A stretch of 64,000 nucleotides of DNA from Bdellovibrio sp. (GCA_036677065.1 JAKFBS010000003.1:64001-128000); one strand, 5' to 3'; shown: positions 18,817 through 29,040, counted from the first letter of the stretch. Numbers and translations are program-made. The notes: generated by a model not told the origin, from the letters alone.

Positions 18817-21588
18817 TTAAGTTAAAGCCTCAACACACTTAGGGCATAAGCCTTGTGTGCTTGCAGCAGTTGATAAAGTGTCATACACCCAACAACGTAA
18901 GCACTTCTCGCCATCAGCTTTAACCGCAGTTACAGCCAGAGGACCTTTTACTAAAGTCACATTAGATACAATAAAGAATTCACGTAAATTGCATTTTGCA
19001 TGTGAATTATTTAATTTTTCTAAGGCAGCAAAAGCTTCGCCATCAGCAGTCACTTTTAATGAAGCTTCTAAGCTGGCACCAATTGTTTTAGCTGTACGTA
19101 ATTCTTCTAATTTCTTTTGTGCTTCAGAACGAATTCTTAATAAATCATCAAACGTCACATCAAGATCAGGAGCACTCCATGAAGCATTAGCTTTTGGGAA
19201 TGATTCTAATAAAATCGAATCGTGCGCTTTGTTTTTAATGTAGCCATAACTTTCTTCAGCTAAGAATGTTAAAATCGGCGCCATCATACGCAACACAGAC
19301 GTTGTCACGTGATGATAAACTGTCTGTGTTGATCTGCGCTCAAGACCATCAGCTTTCCATGTGTACAGGCGATCTTTTAAAATATCCATGTATGTCGCAG
19401 ACAAGGTCACTGTAAAAAAGTGATTTAATAATTGGTAAACTTTGTAAAACTCATAACATTCGTAAGCTTTAGTTACTTCTGTGATTAACTTATTTAACTG
19501 ATGCATCATCCAACGATCAATCATTGGCATTTTTGCAACTTCGATTTGATCTTTTGAAGCATCAAAGTCATTGATTGCGCCTAATAAGAATCTCATCGTG
19601 TTTCTGATCTTACGGTAAGTCTCGGTAACTCTTGTAAGCTCTTCTTTACCGCAACCTACATCTGTTCCGTAATCTACAGACGATGCCCAAAGGCGTACGA
19701 TCTCAGAACCGGATTGTTTCGTGATTTCATTTGGATCAACCACGTTACCTAAAGATTTAGACATCTTACGGCCCTGAGAATCATTCACGAAACCGTGGGT
19801 GATTAAGGCTTTAAACGGAGGTTTGCCTGTTGTCGACATGCTTGAAAGCATTGACGTATTAAACCAACCACGATGTTGATCAGAACCTTCTAAGTAAATA
19901 TCAGCCTGAACATTTTTATAACCGCGTTTTGCCTGAACTGCTGCGTGACACACGCCAGAGTCAAACCACACATCTAAAATATCGCGGCCATGTTTGTAAC
20001 CAGGTTTACCCACGATTTTTTCTGCAGGTGTGTTATAAAATGCTTCGATACCGCCAGCTTCAACAACATCTGCAGCGCGCATCATCACATCAACATCAGC
20101 TAAAGGTTTACCAGTTTCTTCGTGATAAAAAATCGGGATTGGTACACCCCAGATTCTTTGACGAGACAAACACCAGTCGGGACGATTTTGCATCATCGCT
20201 TCAAAACGGGCTTTACCCCACTCAGGAAAAAACTGAACATCATTCATCGCTTTTAAAGTATTTTTTCTGATTTCAGAACCTTCTTGATCAATGCCGATAA
20301 ACCATTGCGCTGTCGTTCTAAAGATTAGCGGTGTTTTTGATCTCCAGCAGTGCGGGTAACTGTGCGTGATATCAGTGTGTTTAATTAAATGCCCTGAAGC
20401 TTTTAATTTTTCGATGATCACCGGATTGGCTTTAAAGATATTCATACCCTGCATTTCAGGAAAGTCTTCAGTGTAGGTTCCGTTTTCAGCAACCGGATTG
20501 ATAATCGGTAAATTATATTTCTGACCCACGCGAAAATCGTCTGCACCATGGCCTGGAGCTGTATGAACCGCACCAGTACCAGCATCAGCTGTAACGTGAT
20601 CAGCTAAGACTACAATAGATTTACGATCTAAGAACGGGTGACGAGCTTCAGTTAAATCTAAATCAGCGCCTTTAACCGTTGATACTTCAGTTAAAGAAAG
20701 ACCAGAGTCTTTTTCAAAAAATTCTTTTAATGATTTGGCGATCACTAAATTTTCACCATCGGTTGAAGCCGCGCCTTCGGCACGAGTTGAAAACACACCG
20801 TAATCAAATTCAGGATGTAGCGCGATACCCACGTTCGCAGGTAGCGTCCAAGGTGTTGTTGTCCAGATCACATATGATGTTGTGCCTTTTGGATTTCCAA
20901 GCTTAGCTAGAGTTCTATCATCAGTGATATTAAATTTTACATAGATCGAAGGGGATACTTTATCATGATATTCGATCTCGGCATCAGCAAGAGCTGTCTT
21001 CAAAGTCCAATTCCAGTAAACTGGTTTTACACCTTGATAGATCACGCCGCGTTTGAACGCGCGTGCGAATTCACGAACCTCTTCAGCTTCGTATTGTTTC
21101 GACATTGTCAGGTACGGGTTCTCCCAATCAGCTAACACACCTAATCTTTTGAACTGTTCGCGTTGGTGATTTACCCATTTATTAGCTTCTTCGCGACACA
21201 GCGCTAGAATTTCTTGATCAGTCTTTGTTATCTTTTTGTCTGACAGATCTTTCATGACCTTGTGCTCAATCGGAAGACCGTGGCAATCCCACCCAGGAAT
21301 AAACGGGGCAGAGTACCCTTGCATATTTTTATATTTAATCACGAAATCTTTTAAAGATTTATTCATCGCATGACCGATATGGATTGAACCATTCGCGTAC
21401 GGAGGGCCGTCAGGCATTGTAAAACCTGGGCCATTTTTATTTTTCTCCTGCAGCTTTTGATAAATATTATTTTTTTCCCAACCAGCAATAATCTGAGGTT
21501 CACGAATTGGTAAATCACCTTTCATCGGAAAGTCAGTTTGTGGTAAACGGATCGTGCTTTTGTAGTCGGGGCTATTTGAATTTTGCAT
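18817..21588 (-). CDS. ileS: Isoleucyl-tRNA synthetase
   Basis: GPPYANG, HIGH, WTTTPWTLP, KMSKS, C-terminal Zn finger. Confidence 0.97.
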   Translation of the reverse strand: MQNSNSPDYKSTIRLPQTDFPMKGDLPIREPQIIAGWEKNNIYQKLQEKNKNGPGFTMPDGPPYANGSIHIGHAMNKSLKDFVIKYKNMQGYSAPFIPGWDCHGLPIEHKVMKDLSDKKITKTDQEILALCREEANKWVNHQREQFKRLGVLADWENPYLTMSKQYEAEEVREFARAFKRGVIYQGVKPVYWNWTLKTALADAEIEYHDKVSPSIYVKFNITDDRTLAKLGNPKGTTSYVIWTTTPWTLPANVGIALHPEFDYGVFSTRAEGAASTDGENLVIAKSLKEFFEKDSGLSLTEVSTVKGADLDLTEARHPFLDRKSIVVLADHVTADAGTGAVHTAPGHGADDFRVGQKYNLPIINPVAENGTYTEDFPEMQGMNIFKANPVIIEKLKASGHLIKHTDITHSYPHCWRSKTPLIFRTTAQWFIGIDQEGSEIRKNTLKAMNDVQFFPEWGKARFEAMMQNRPDWCLSRQRIWGVPIPIFYHEETGKPLADVDVMMRAADVVEAGGIEAFYNTPAEKIVGKPGYKHGRDILDVWFDSGVCHAAVQAKRGYKNVQADIYLEGSDQHRGWFNTSMLSSMSTTGKPPFKALITHGFVNDSQGRKMSKSLGNVVDPNEITKQSGSEIVRLWASSVDYGTDVGCGKEELTRVTETYRKIRNTMRFLLGAINDFDASKDQIEVAKMPMIDRWMMHQLNKLITEVTKAYECYEFYKVYQLLNHFFTVTLSATYMDILKDRLYTWKADGLERRSTQTVYHHVTTSVLRMMAPILTFLAEESYGYIKNKAHDSILLESFPKANASWSAPDLDVTFDDLLRIRSEAQKKLEELRTAKTIGASLEASLKVTADGEAFAALEKLNNSHAKCNLREFFIVSNVTLVKGPLAVTAVKADGEKCLRCWVYDTLSTAASTQGLCPKCVEALT

Positions 21589-21821
21589 CTGAAAAGTTTA
21601 GCACAACTGCCCCGGTGATAGTAGGGCTAGCTGGGCCTTTAAGTCGTTTTTTGCGCTGCACTGGCCCCGATCAACTTACCCCGACAATCTCAATATTCCT
21701 CACGGTAGGTTTTATTACGGGCGTTCAAAAAATAAATACATTCACAAAATCAGCAGTTTTTCTAAAATAGAAGGCCTCTGGAAAACAAACACGAACAAAA
21801 GAACATAAAAAAGGAGCTTTT

Positions 21822-22301
21822 ATGAAAAAACTGTTAGTCGCACTAGTGCTAATGATGTCGTCATCTGCATTTGCCGCCGTAGTCCCCATGGAACTGAACG
21901 AGGCTGATTCAAAAGACATGTATATGGCCCTGTCAAAATGGGGAACCCGTTATGCTGATCAAGAAAGACGTCTTATCCGTATTGATGTGATCGACCCCCG
22001 TTGTTACTGGGACAACAAAGATCAATACAAATATCCACGCTGTACTTTATTAGACACAAATCATGATAAAGAACTTACTCGCTCAGACAAAGCGGCCGGC
22101 TGGTTAGCAAAACTATTAGACCGCCATGTGGGAACAATTTGTGGACCAAACAATTTAGAAAACAGAGAATGCTTAACTGCAGCTCGTTTAATCCGTTGTT
22201 GGCATCCGTGGGATCCTAAAAATCCGCCAGTTCTTATTCCAATCGGAAGACGTCATATCTGTTGGCTTGAGCCGATTCGTACACCAATTCCAACGAATTA
22301 A
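21822..22301 (+). CDS. Secreted Cys-rich protein, paralog 1
   Basis: Signal peptide, ELNEADSK motif, 6 Cys. Confidence 0.8.
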   Translation: MKKLLVALVLMMSSSAFAAVVPMELNEADSKDMYMALSKWGTRYADQERRLIRIDVIDPRCYWDNKDQYKYPRCTLLDTNHDKELTRSDKAAGWLAKLLDRHVGTICGPNNLENRECLTAARLIRCWHPWDPKNPPVLIPIGRRHICWLEPIRTPIPTN

Positions 22302-22321
22302 TTTTTACCTTAGGATTCAAC

Positions 22322-22834
22322 ATGAAAAAGAACATTCTGCGCAGCTTTCTTACGCTACTTATCACCGGTCAATTTTATTTTAACTCTGCTCGGGCCCAAG
22401 AATTACCCACTGATCCGGTGATTCCGCCAGAGCCTGAATTGGTAAAAACTGAACTCAACGAAGCCGATTCTAAAGAGCTGTTTGATGTGCTTAACAAATG
22501 GAAACTTGTTGTTATAGACCGTCAGACACAAACTAAGAATATTCAGGCTTCAGATGTGATTTGTGTCGAAAATATGGAAGATGGCCGCAAGCTCGGGTGT
22601 TCATTGTATGACGACCTTCGCTCGCGTGAACTAACGAAATATAATAAGATCGCTGATCCGCTTTTCAAGCTAATGGTTAAGCATGTAGCTATGGATTGTG
22701 AAGATGACAGTGAAACTTGTATGAACGCCGCAGAAAAAATGGCCTGTTCGTTAGCTGCTAATAAATATTCTTGTTCTGTTGAATACCTTTTATCACAACC
22801 GAAACCAAAACCTAAAAACGGAGATCGAAAATGA
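22322..22834 (+). CDS. Secreted Cys-rich protein, paralog 2
   Basis: Signal peptide, ELNEADSK motif, 6 Cys. Confidence 0.8.
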   Translation: MKKNILRSFLTLLITGQFYFNSARAQELPTDPVIPPEPELVKTELNEADSKELFDVLNKWKLVVIDRQTQTKNIQASDVICVENMEDGRKLGCSLYDDLRSRELTKYNKIADPLFKLMVKHVAMDCEDDSETCMNAAEKMACSLAANKYSCSVEYLLSQPKPKPKNGDRK

Positions 22835-23271
22835 AATCACTACTAGTAAGTTTGTTACTTTTCGCTTTTGCGCAAGTAGCGCAAGCTGTTCCAGTTGCCT
22901 TAAATGAAGGGCAATCAAAAAAATTATACAATGTCTTAGCCGCATACGGCTTACGCACAGCTTTTCCGGCAGAAATGCAAACGCGTGAATGGGCAAAACC
23001 AGTGCTCTGTCAAAGAGCCGTGAATGGTGGAGTTAATTACACTTGCCTGCTGCACGACGAATTTCATAACGTGAATGTACAAAAAACCGGTATGGTCGCG
23101 AAAAAATTGTACTACTTTTTAAAAGACGTTAATGGAGCTGTCTGTGAAGGGGCGAAATGTTTTACCCGTACCGCGGATATCAAATGCATTTATTGGTGGC
23201 CGAATAAAGATAATCCGCCAGAAAGACGTTATCTTTGCGCCATTGATAAATTCGTACCTGAGCCAAATTAA
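22831..23271 (+). CDS. Secreted Cys-rich protein, paralog 3
   Basis: Signal peptide, ALNEGQSK motif, 6 Cys; ATGA overlap with paralog 2. Confidence 0.8.
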   Translation: MKSLLVSLLLFAFAQVAQAVPVALNEGQSKKLYNVLAAYGLRTAFPAEMQTREWAKPVLCQRAVNGGVNYTCLLHDEFHNVNVQKTGMVAKKLYYFLKDVNGAVCEGAKCFTRTADIKCIYWWPNKDNPPERRYLCAIDKFVPEPN

Positions 23272-23355
23272 ATTTTCAGAAATTATAAAAAATTTTATAC
23301 AGCAGGTGCGCGATCAAAATTTTTGTGCACTTGCTGTAATGTAAGAATTGAAAAA

Positions 23356-23901
23356 TTATAAACCAGCTTTACGGAATTGTTTAATTCCTAAAGCAACTAA
23401 AGCGCGGATTGCTTCAGCATCAGAACTTAAGTTAAAAGTTTCACGCACTTGTTGAATAGCTTCTAAAGTTTTTTGATCAAAACCATTTGCATTCATATCA
23501 GTTGATACACGCGACTGACTAACAGTCGTCGTTGTCACATGCGAAGTAGAAACCGCTGCTGCGGTAGCTGTCGCGTTGGTTTGCGAGGCATGCGAATGGA
23601 TTGTTGGCGCATGTTTGTGTGCTGGGGCGTGCATATGCGAAGCCGCTGTAGCTAACTGCTGCGGCGATTGAAAATCACCCATCATGTTGGCTAACGATTT
23701 TAATTCTTGTTTGAAATTCTGAATGCTTGGAGTTTCAAGAACTGCATCCCCATTGCGTTGCGCTTTTAGATAAAGGCTGACCAACATATTTTGATCTTGC
23801 GCCATTTCTTTAACAGATGGCGATTGCGACAACAGCCACGAATACGCTTTCTGCAAAGTATCTTTAGTATAAGCTTGAGGAGGCAACGGGTTAACTTGCA
23901 T
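23356..23901 (-). CDS. Hypothetical protein with possible C-terminal ribbon-helix-helix-like module
   Basis: Ordered ends around a His/Ala/Thr low-complexity linker; C-terminal VRETFNLSSDAEAIRALVALG. Confidence 0.7.
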   Translation of the reverse strand: MQVNPLPPQAYTKDTLQKAYSWLLSQSPSVKEMAQDQNMLVSLYLKAQRNGDAVLETPSIQNFKQELKSLANMMGDFQSPQQLATAASHMHAPAHKHAPTIHSHASQTNATATAAAVSTSHVTTTTVSQSRVSTDMNANGFDQKTLEAIQQVRETFNLSSDAEAIRALVALGIKQFRKAGL

Positions 23902-23995
23902 AGGGACTCAACGGTAAAGTTTCCCTATATTCGAGTCAATCGTAATACCACGTTACCGAATGCAAAATTTTATGTAAGAAAATGCAGTTTAATTA

Positions 23996-25567
23996 TTAAT
24001 CAAGATCAACTTTTGCATATTCTTTCGCCACGATTCCGTACTTCTCAATTTTACGTAATAAAGTCTTTTTCGGAATGTTTGCGTGCAATGCGGTTTGATT
24101 AATTTTGCCTTTAAATGTTTTCAAGGCCTTGATAATAAACTGTTTTTCGAACTCTTCTTTTTGAGCATTGAAATCAAGTAAGCCATTTGGTGAAACACTT
24201 AGGCCAATCACTTCGCCGTCAATTTCATCATCGCCATCGATTTCAGAATCTGCGTCAATAGATAAATCATCGTCTTCGTCAGAATCTGTCACGCCCATGT
24301 TTACAGCAGTTGCGCCGTTCATTTGCTTCATAGTTTCTGATTGACTCTGAATCTTATCCATTTGGTCGATTAAACTGATTCCAGCAGCCATCAAAACCGC
24401 TTCAGGTAAGCTTCCTAAAGTAATTTGATTTCCTGACTCAAGAACGAAAGAATGTTCAATGACGTTCTCTAATTCACGAATATTTCCTGGCCAGTTATAA
24501 CGTTTCATTGCATCGAGTGCATCTTTCGTTAAGCCATTAATTTTTTTACCGTGAGCTACGTTAAATTTTTTGATGAAGATATTAATTAAAACATCTAAAT
24601 CATCTTTGCGGTCATTTAACTGAGGTAAAATAATAGGTACAACATTTAAACGATAGAATAAGTCCTCACGAAAGCGGCCATCTTCCATCATTTTTTCTAA
24701 CGGGCGGTTGGTAGCAGCAATAATTCTTACGTTGGTTGGAATCTCACGGTTTGATCCAACCGGAGTAAATACTTTTTCTTGTAATACACGCAAGATTTTA
24801 ACTTGCATCAACTGTGGCATGTCGCCAACTTCATCTAAAAATAAAGTTCCACCTTCAGCAAATTGAAACTTTCCGATTTTACGTTGGTCGGCACCAGTGA
24901 AAGAACCTTTTTCGTGACCAAATAATTCAGATTCAAATAGGTTTTCTGGAATCGCCGAACAGTTGATCGCAACAAATTTTTCATCTTTGCGGGCGCTGTT
25001 AAAATGGATAGCTTTTGCTACTAACTCTTTACCTGTTCCAGATGCTCCGCGCACTAATACCGGTGTATCAACTTTTGCAAGCTTATGGATCACGTTAAAA
25101 ACTTTTTGCATTTGCGAAGTGTTACCGATGATTTTACGGCCTTCATCAACAAACACTGGCGAAGATACAGCTAAGTTAGAAATCATTCGGTGAGCGTTAA
25201 TGGCTCTGTCGATTAATGCTGTAAGATCATCACCCGAGATTGGTTTAGATAAGAAGTTGTAAGCTCCGTCTTTAACGGCTGCTACAGCGGCTTCTACGGT
25301 CGCATGTGCAGTTAACATTAAGACGATAATGCCTGGATCGAATTCTTTAATCGCTTTCAGAGCAGCTAAGCCATTCATGCGAGGCATATCCACATCCAAA
25401 ATGACGATGTCATAGATACGTTTAGAGCTATCAGTAGCTTTGACTTTTTCTAAAGCGTTTACGCCGTCGAAAGCCTCTTCAATAGAGAATCTGCGAGTAG
25501 CTTCTAAGGCAGAGCGGATCGAAAAGCGTAGAGCTTGGTCGTCATCAACAACTAAAACCTTTAACAT
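23996..25567 (-). CDS. Sigma54-dependent NtrC-family response regulator
   Basis: REC (VVDDD, LDVDMP), AAA+ GASGTGKE, GSFTGA (GAFTGA-loop variant), WPGNIREL, acidic linker, Fis-type HTH. Confidence 0.95.
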   Translation of the reverse strand: MLKVLVVDDDQALRFSIRSALEATRRFSIEEAFDGVNALEKVKATDSSKRIYDIVILDVDMPRMNGLAALKAIKEFDPGIIVLMLTAHATVEAAVAAVKDGAYNFLSKPISGDDLTALIDRAINAHRMISNLAVSSPVFVDEGRKIIGNTSQMQKVFNVIHKLAKVDTPVLVRGASGTGKELVAKAIHFNSARKDEKFVAINCSAIPENLFESELFGHEKGSFTGADQRKIGKFQFAEGGTLFLDEVGDMPQLMQVKILRVLQEKVFTPVGSNREIPTNVRIIAATNRPLEKMMEDGRFREDLFYRLNVVPIILPQLNDRKDDLDVLINIFIKKFNVAHGKKINGLTKDALDAMKRYNWPGNIRELENVIEHSFVLESGNQITLGSLPEAVLMAAGISLIDQMDKIQSQSETMKQMNGATAVNMGVTDSDEDDDLSIDADSEIDGDDEIDGEVIGLSVSPNGLLDFNAQKEEFEKQFIIKALKTFKGKINQTALHANIPKKTLLRKIEKYGIVAKEYAKVDLD

Positions 25568-25706
25568 ATATAATTCCCCCGTAAGCGATATGCCGCAAGG
25601 TATAGCATAAGATTTAAGCGAATGAACACCGAAAAAAGCAAAATGACACCAGCTAGGAATTGTTTACTTAGCGAGCAGAAGCTCTAGGACTGTGTTTAGG
25701 GTGTGT

Positions 25707-27569
25707 TTATTTGTCTAGCGGAAGCTCAACGGTGAATTTAGAGCCTCGTTCAGGCGAGCTATCAACCGTAATCTTACCCTTATGTAATTCTACGAAGTAC
25801 TGGGCTAAATAAAGCCCCAAGCCCGAACCTTTGATGGTTGTGGTCTTAACTGTGTGAGTGCGAAAGAATTTCATGAAAATATTGGGTAGGTCAGATGGCG
25901 GGATCCCCATACCCTGATCTTGGAACTCTACTATTATAGTATCGTCGCCTTCGCGGCTACGTACCCAAACAGTCGATTCGTCAGGGGAGTACTTAATCGC
26001 GTTCTCGAGTAAGTTCGAGAACACTTGTTTAATAAGCTCTGGGTCTACCTGAGTCGGAAACATCGGTTCAAGCTCTTGGATGATCTTAATCTTTTTAACT
26101 TTAGCTAGGAATTCATGTTTTTTCACGACGTCAGATAAAAGCTGATTAAGGTCTTTAGCTTGTTTGTGCAGTTGAACGCCTTGGCTTTCGATACTGCCGT
26201 ACTGAAGAATAGCATTGATGAATTTAAGAAGGTCGTCAGAGCTATGTCTGATCGTGTCCAGCGCTTCTCTTTGGTGAGAGGATAGTTGTTGTGGGTCTTT
26301 GTAGATGACTTCAGTCATGCCGGTAATACGCGCGATAGGCGTCTTTAAATCGTGTGACATCATTGAGATGAAGTTTGTTTTAAGCTCTTCAACTTCAGAG
26401 AGTAGTTTATGCTTTTGGTAGTATTCCCATGACTTGCGGTTTTCACGGATAAGGCGGTAGGGGATGAAGAAGTAGTAGCAGAGGAAGATGGCCAGGAGCG
26501 GGTGAGACAGCTCGATCCATAAACCAAATATTATGAATAATAGGGTAGAAAAAAATGCTAAACCGATAAAGGTAGCAGCTAATGTTACCAGTCCCTTTGC
26601 CGGAGTTAGAGATAAAGTTGCATATAATGTTAATAGCGAGATCAAGATCGTAATAGCGATAGTGAATGGTTTTGGAAGACGGTACGGAGCTTTGTTATCA
26701 ATCAGTGTTTGAAATTGATTCGCTTGCAATTCAACTTTTGTCATCGCACTGAAATGACGATTAAATGGTGTTGCTACGTAATCTGCAGCACCTTTATTTA
26801 AATCTGTACCAACCAGAATTAGCTTATTCTCCAAAGCTTCTTTAGGTACTTTTTGGTCGACAATATCTTCGAAGCTGTATGTTGGAAACGAACCCTTAGG
26901 ATGATAGTCGATGTACAGCTGCATAGAGTCCATATAGAAAAAAGACCCTTTAATATTTTCAACATTTTGAATAGCAGGATTATAATATGACGCCAGAATT
27001 GGCTGCATCATTGATTGTCCTTGGTACTGGTACATCAATCGTCTAGAGACGCCATCTTTACCAAACGACTTGCCATCAACACTAAAGGGCATAGAAGACA
27101 ACTTAAGTGAATCTAAAGGCGGTTTAAGCTTATAAGGCTCAAGCTCGCCTTTCATGGTTAAGTTTTGCGTAGAAAAAATGAGATTAGGGATACTTTTAAT
27201 TTGTTCTGTAAATTCTTTTTTTTCTGCATCCGAACCAGTGATATCAACGAAGGCATCGTCCTCTGTTCTTAGTTCATAAACGATAAACTTTGGATTTAAA
27301 GCTGAAAGTTGATTCAAAAATCTTATATGATCTTTAAACTTCGGTTCGCCTTGATATTTTTCAACAGTTTTTGGTGTAATTAAGACAATGGCAATTGGTG
27401 TGGTTTTCGCCTTAGCAAGACCAAGAAAAGATTTTGTTTTAATTCTTAAGTCAATCAGGTGACCTTCAATGAAATCTAGATTGAAGGTAGAGATTAGAAA
27501 TCCAATTGCAATTGCGAATATGAGTCGTAAAGCGAAAAATTTTGGAGCGAGTTTTGTATTGTTGTCCAA
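25707..27569 (-). CDS. CHASE2-domain sensor histidine kinase
   Basis: N-terminal TM, DGVSRR / NKLILVG / VELQAN CHASE2-like motifs, 3 TM, SHDLKTP H-box, NLLENAIKY, GSGLGL; TTG start. Confidence 0.9.
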   Translation of the reverse strand: MDNNTKLAPKFFALRLIFAIAIGFLISTFNLDFIEGHLIDLRIKTKSFLGLAKAKTTPIAIVLITPKTVEKYQGEPKFKDHIRFLNQLSALNPKFIVYELRTEDDAFVDITGSDAEKKEFTEQIKSIPNLIFSTQNLTMKGELEPYKLKPPLDSLKLSSMPFSVDGKSFGKDGVSRRLMYQYQGQSMMQPILASYYNPAIQNVENIKGSFFYMDSMQLYIDYHPKGSFPTYSFEDIVDQKVPKEALENKLILVGTDLNKGAADYVATPFNRHFSAMTKVELQANQFQTLIDNKAPYRLPKPFTIAITILISLLTLYATLSLTPAKGLVTLAATFIGLAFFSTLLFIIFGLWIELSHPLLAIFLCYYFFIPYRLIRENRKSWEYYQKHKLLSEVEELKTNFISMMSHDLKTPIARITGMTEVIYKDPQQLSSHQREALDTIRHSSDDLLKFINAILQYGSIESQGVQLHKQAKDLNQLLSDVVKKHEFLAKVKKIKIIQELEPMFPTQVDPELIKQVFSNLLENAIKYSPDESTVWVRSREGDDTIIVEFQDQGMGIPPSDLPNIFMKFFRTHTVKTTTIKGSGLGLYLAQYFVELHKGKITVDSSPERGSKFTVELPLDK

Positions 27570-27592
27570 GTGAGATTAATAGCTAAATTGAA

Positions 27593-27688
27593 TTAAGCTA
27601 CAGGGCCGCAAGGCTCTTTAGGATCGCCGCCTTTGCCTGGGCCAGCTAATTCAGTATTAGGCTTAATTTTTTTGATATGTTTTTTCAT
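27593..27688 (-). CDS. Unannotated 31-aa putative RiPP precursor peptide MKKHIKKIKPNTELAGPGKGGDPKEPCGPVA
   Basis: Translated by hand; strong RBS CAGGGGGAAAAT-ATG; fills the gap between rSAM stop (17 nt) and kinase start (23 nt); single Cys, GG motif. Confidence 0.8.
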   Translation of the reverse strand: MKKHIKKIKPNTELAGPGKGGDPKEPCGPVA

Positions 27689-27705
27689 ATTTTCCCCCTG
27701 CCGGA

Positions 27706-29040
27706 TTACTCCGCAGTCCTAGCTTTTTTATAATACGAAAGCGTCACTAAAAGCAAGTTTCTTGTGCGCTCACAGAATAAATTATCTTTTTTATGTTTGT
27801 CGCCATTGTTGGCCTTATTGATGTACATACAGCCGCCGCCGCAAGCGTGGCGTGCCCAGCAGGTTTGGCAATTATTAAGTTCTATTAAAGGTTTGGCATA
27901 CTTAGCTAGTTTGTCATGGTCGAGTTGTTCATTTTCGCCCACTACTTCGCTTTGATCGCCTGCAGCCCAAACGCACGTGTAAAGTTTATTCTTAGCGTCT
28001 ACCATTAGGTACGTTTTACCAGCGCCACAATAGTTTTCTATGCGGGTTTGGCTGTCTAAGACTTGAAATCCTTGATCAAACTGAAGAATTTTTCGAAGCT
28101 CTTTTTCGCCGCCATTGTTCCAAGCTTCTTCTGCAATTAAACTCATTTGTTCGAGATAAATTCTTTGAGTTTCTGAAGACTTCTCCGTCGATTCGAAATG
28201 AAATTCCATACGATCTGGATTTAGGCTGCGAAAGAATTGATAAGTCTTTAGAGCTTCTGGATTTCTAGCTGAGCATACAGCGGCTAAATTAAATGAAGTG
28301 ATGTTGCCACGATCTCTATTTAATTCGCGAATTCCAGCTAAGGTCATATCTGTTGAGCTAGTGTTGTTCTTAGTTGGTCTAACAATGTCGTTAATCTCTT
28401 TAGGGCCATCAAGACTAATTTTAACATCAATTTTCATTGAGCGAACAATCTCAAGTGTACGCCCCTCGAGTAAGGTTCCATTAGTTACGATAGACATTAT
28501 CGGGATTATTTTATGAATAGCAGCTTCTTCCTGAGCGTAATTGTAAATAGCCAAAATAGCTTCTGGATGAAGTAGCGGCTCTCCGCCGATAAAAATAATT
28601 CTAAATTTTTGACCAGGCGATAAACTTGAAATAAAAAATTTTAATTGAGGAAGCGTTTTTTCTACATTAATTTTATTAGTAGGTTGTCCATACGTTCCAT
28701 CGCCTCCGGCGGCACAATAGACGCATTTAAGATTGCAAATTTGGTTAATATTTAAATTAATTGTACGAATGCCAAATTCTAATTTTCCACTTTTAGCATT
28801 AGGATTTACTTCAGAGTTCCACTCGCTCAACGCTTCAAAAGCTTCCTTTTCTTCATCATTGCCTGGAAGTTTGACATCGGGAATTGCGCCATCGGTAATT
28901 GCGATCGGTGTCATTTGAGCGAAAGATTCAGGACTGATCTCTGCAACTTCGAGATTATAAGCGTGATAAGCTGTAATGGAATCGTCCTCAGCTTTAAACG
29001 CGATAATTTCATTATGTCTGCGCAGTTCTATTGGTTTCAT
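27706..29040 (-). CDS. Radical SAM/SPASM peptide-modifying enzyme (CteB/QhpD/PapB-like)
   Basis: CNLKCVYC, GGEPLL, TNGTLL, ISLDG; SPASM CGAG-x-C...CQTCWARHACGGGC-x18-C; ~90-aa N-terminal extension (possible RRE). Confidence 0.9.
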   Translation of the reverse strand: MKPIELRRHNEIIAFKAEDDSITAYHAYNLEVAEISPESFAQMTPIAITDGAIPDVKLPGNDEEKEAFEALSEWNSEVNPNAKSGKLEFGIRTINLNINQICNLKCVYCAAGGDGTYGQPTNKINVEKTLPQLKFFISSLSPGQKFRIIFIGGEPLLHPEAILAIYNYAQEEAAIHKIIPIMSIVTNGTLLEGRTLEIVRSMKIDVKISLDGPKEINDIVRPTKNNTSSTDMTLAGIRELNRDRGNITSFNLAAVCSARNPEALKTYQFFRSLNPDRMEFHFESTEKSSETQRIYLEQMSLIAEEAWNNGGEKELRKILQFDQGFQVLDSQTRIENYCGAGKTYLMVDAKNKLYTCVWAAGDQSEVVGENEQLDHDKLAKYAKPLIELNNCQTCWARHACGGGCMYINKANNGDKHKKDNLFCERTRNLLLVTLSYYKKARTAE

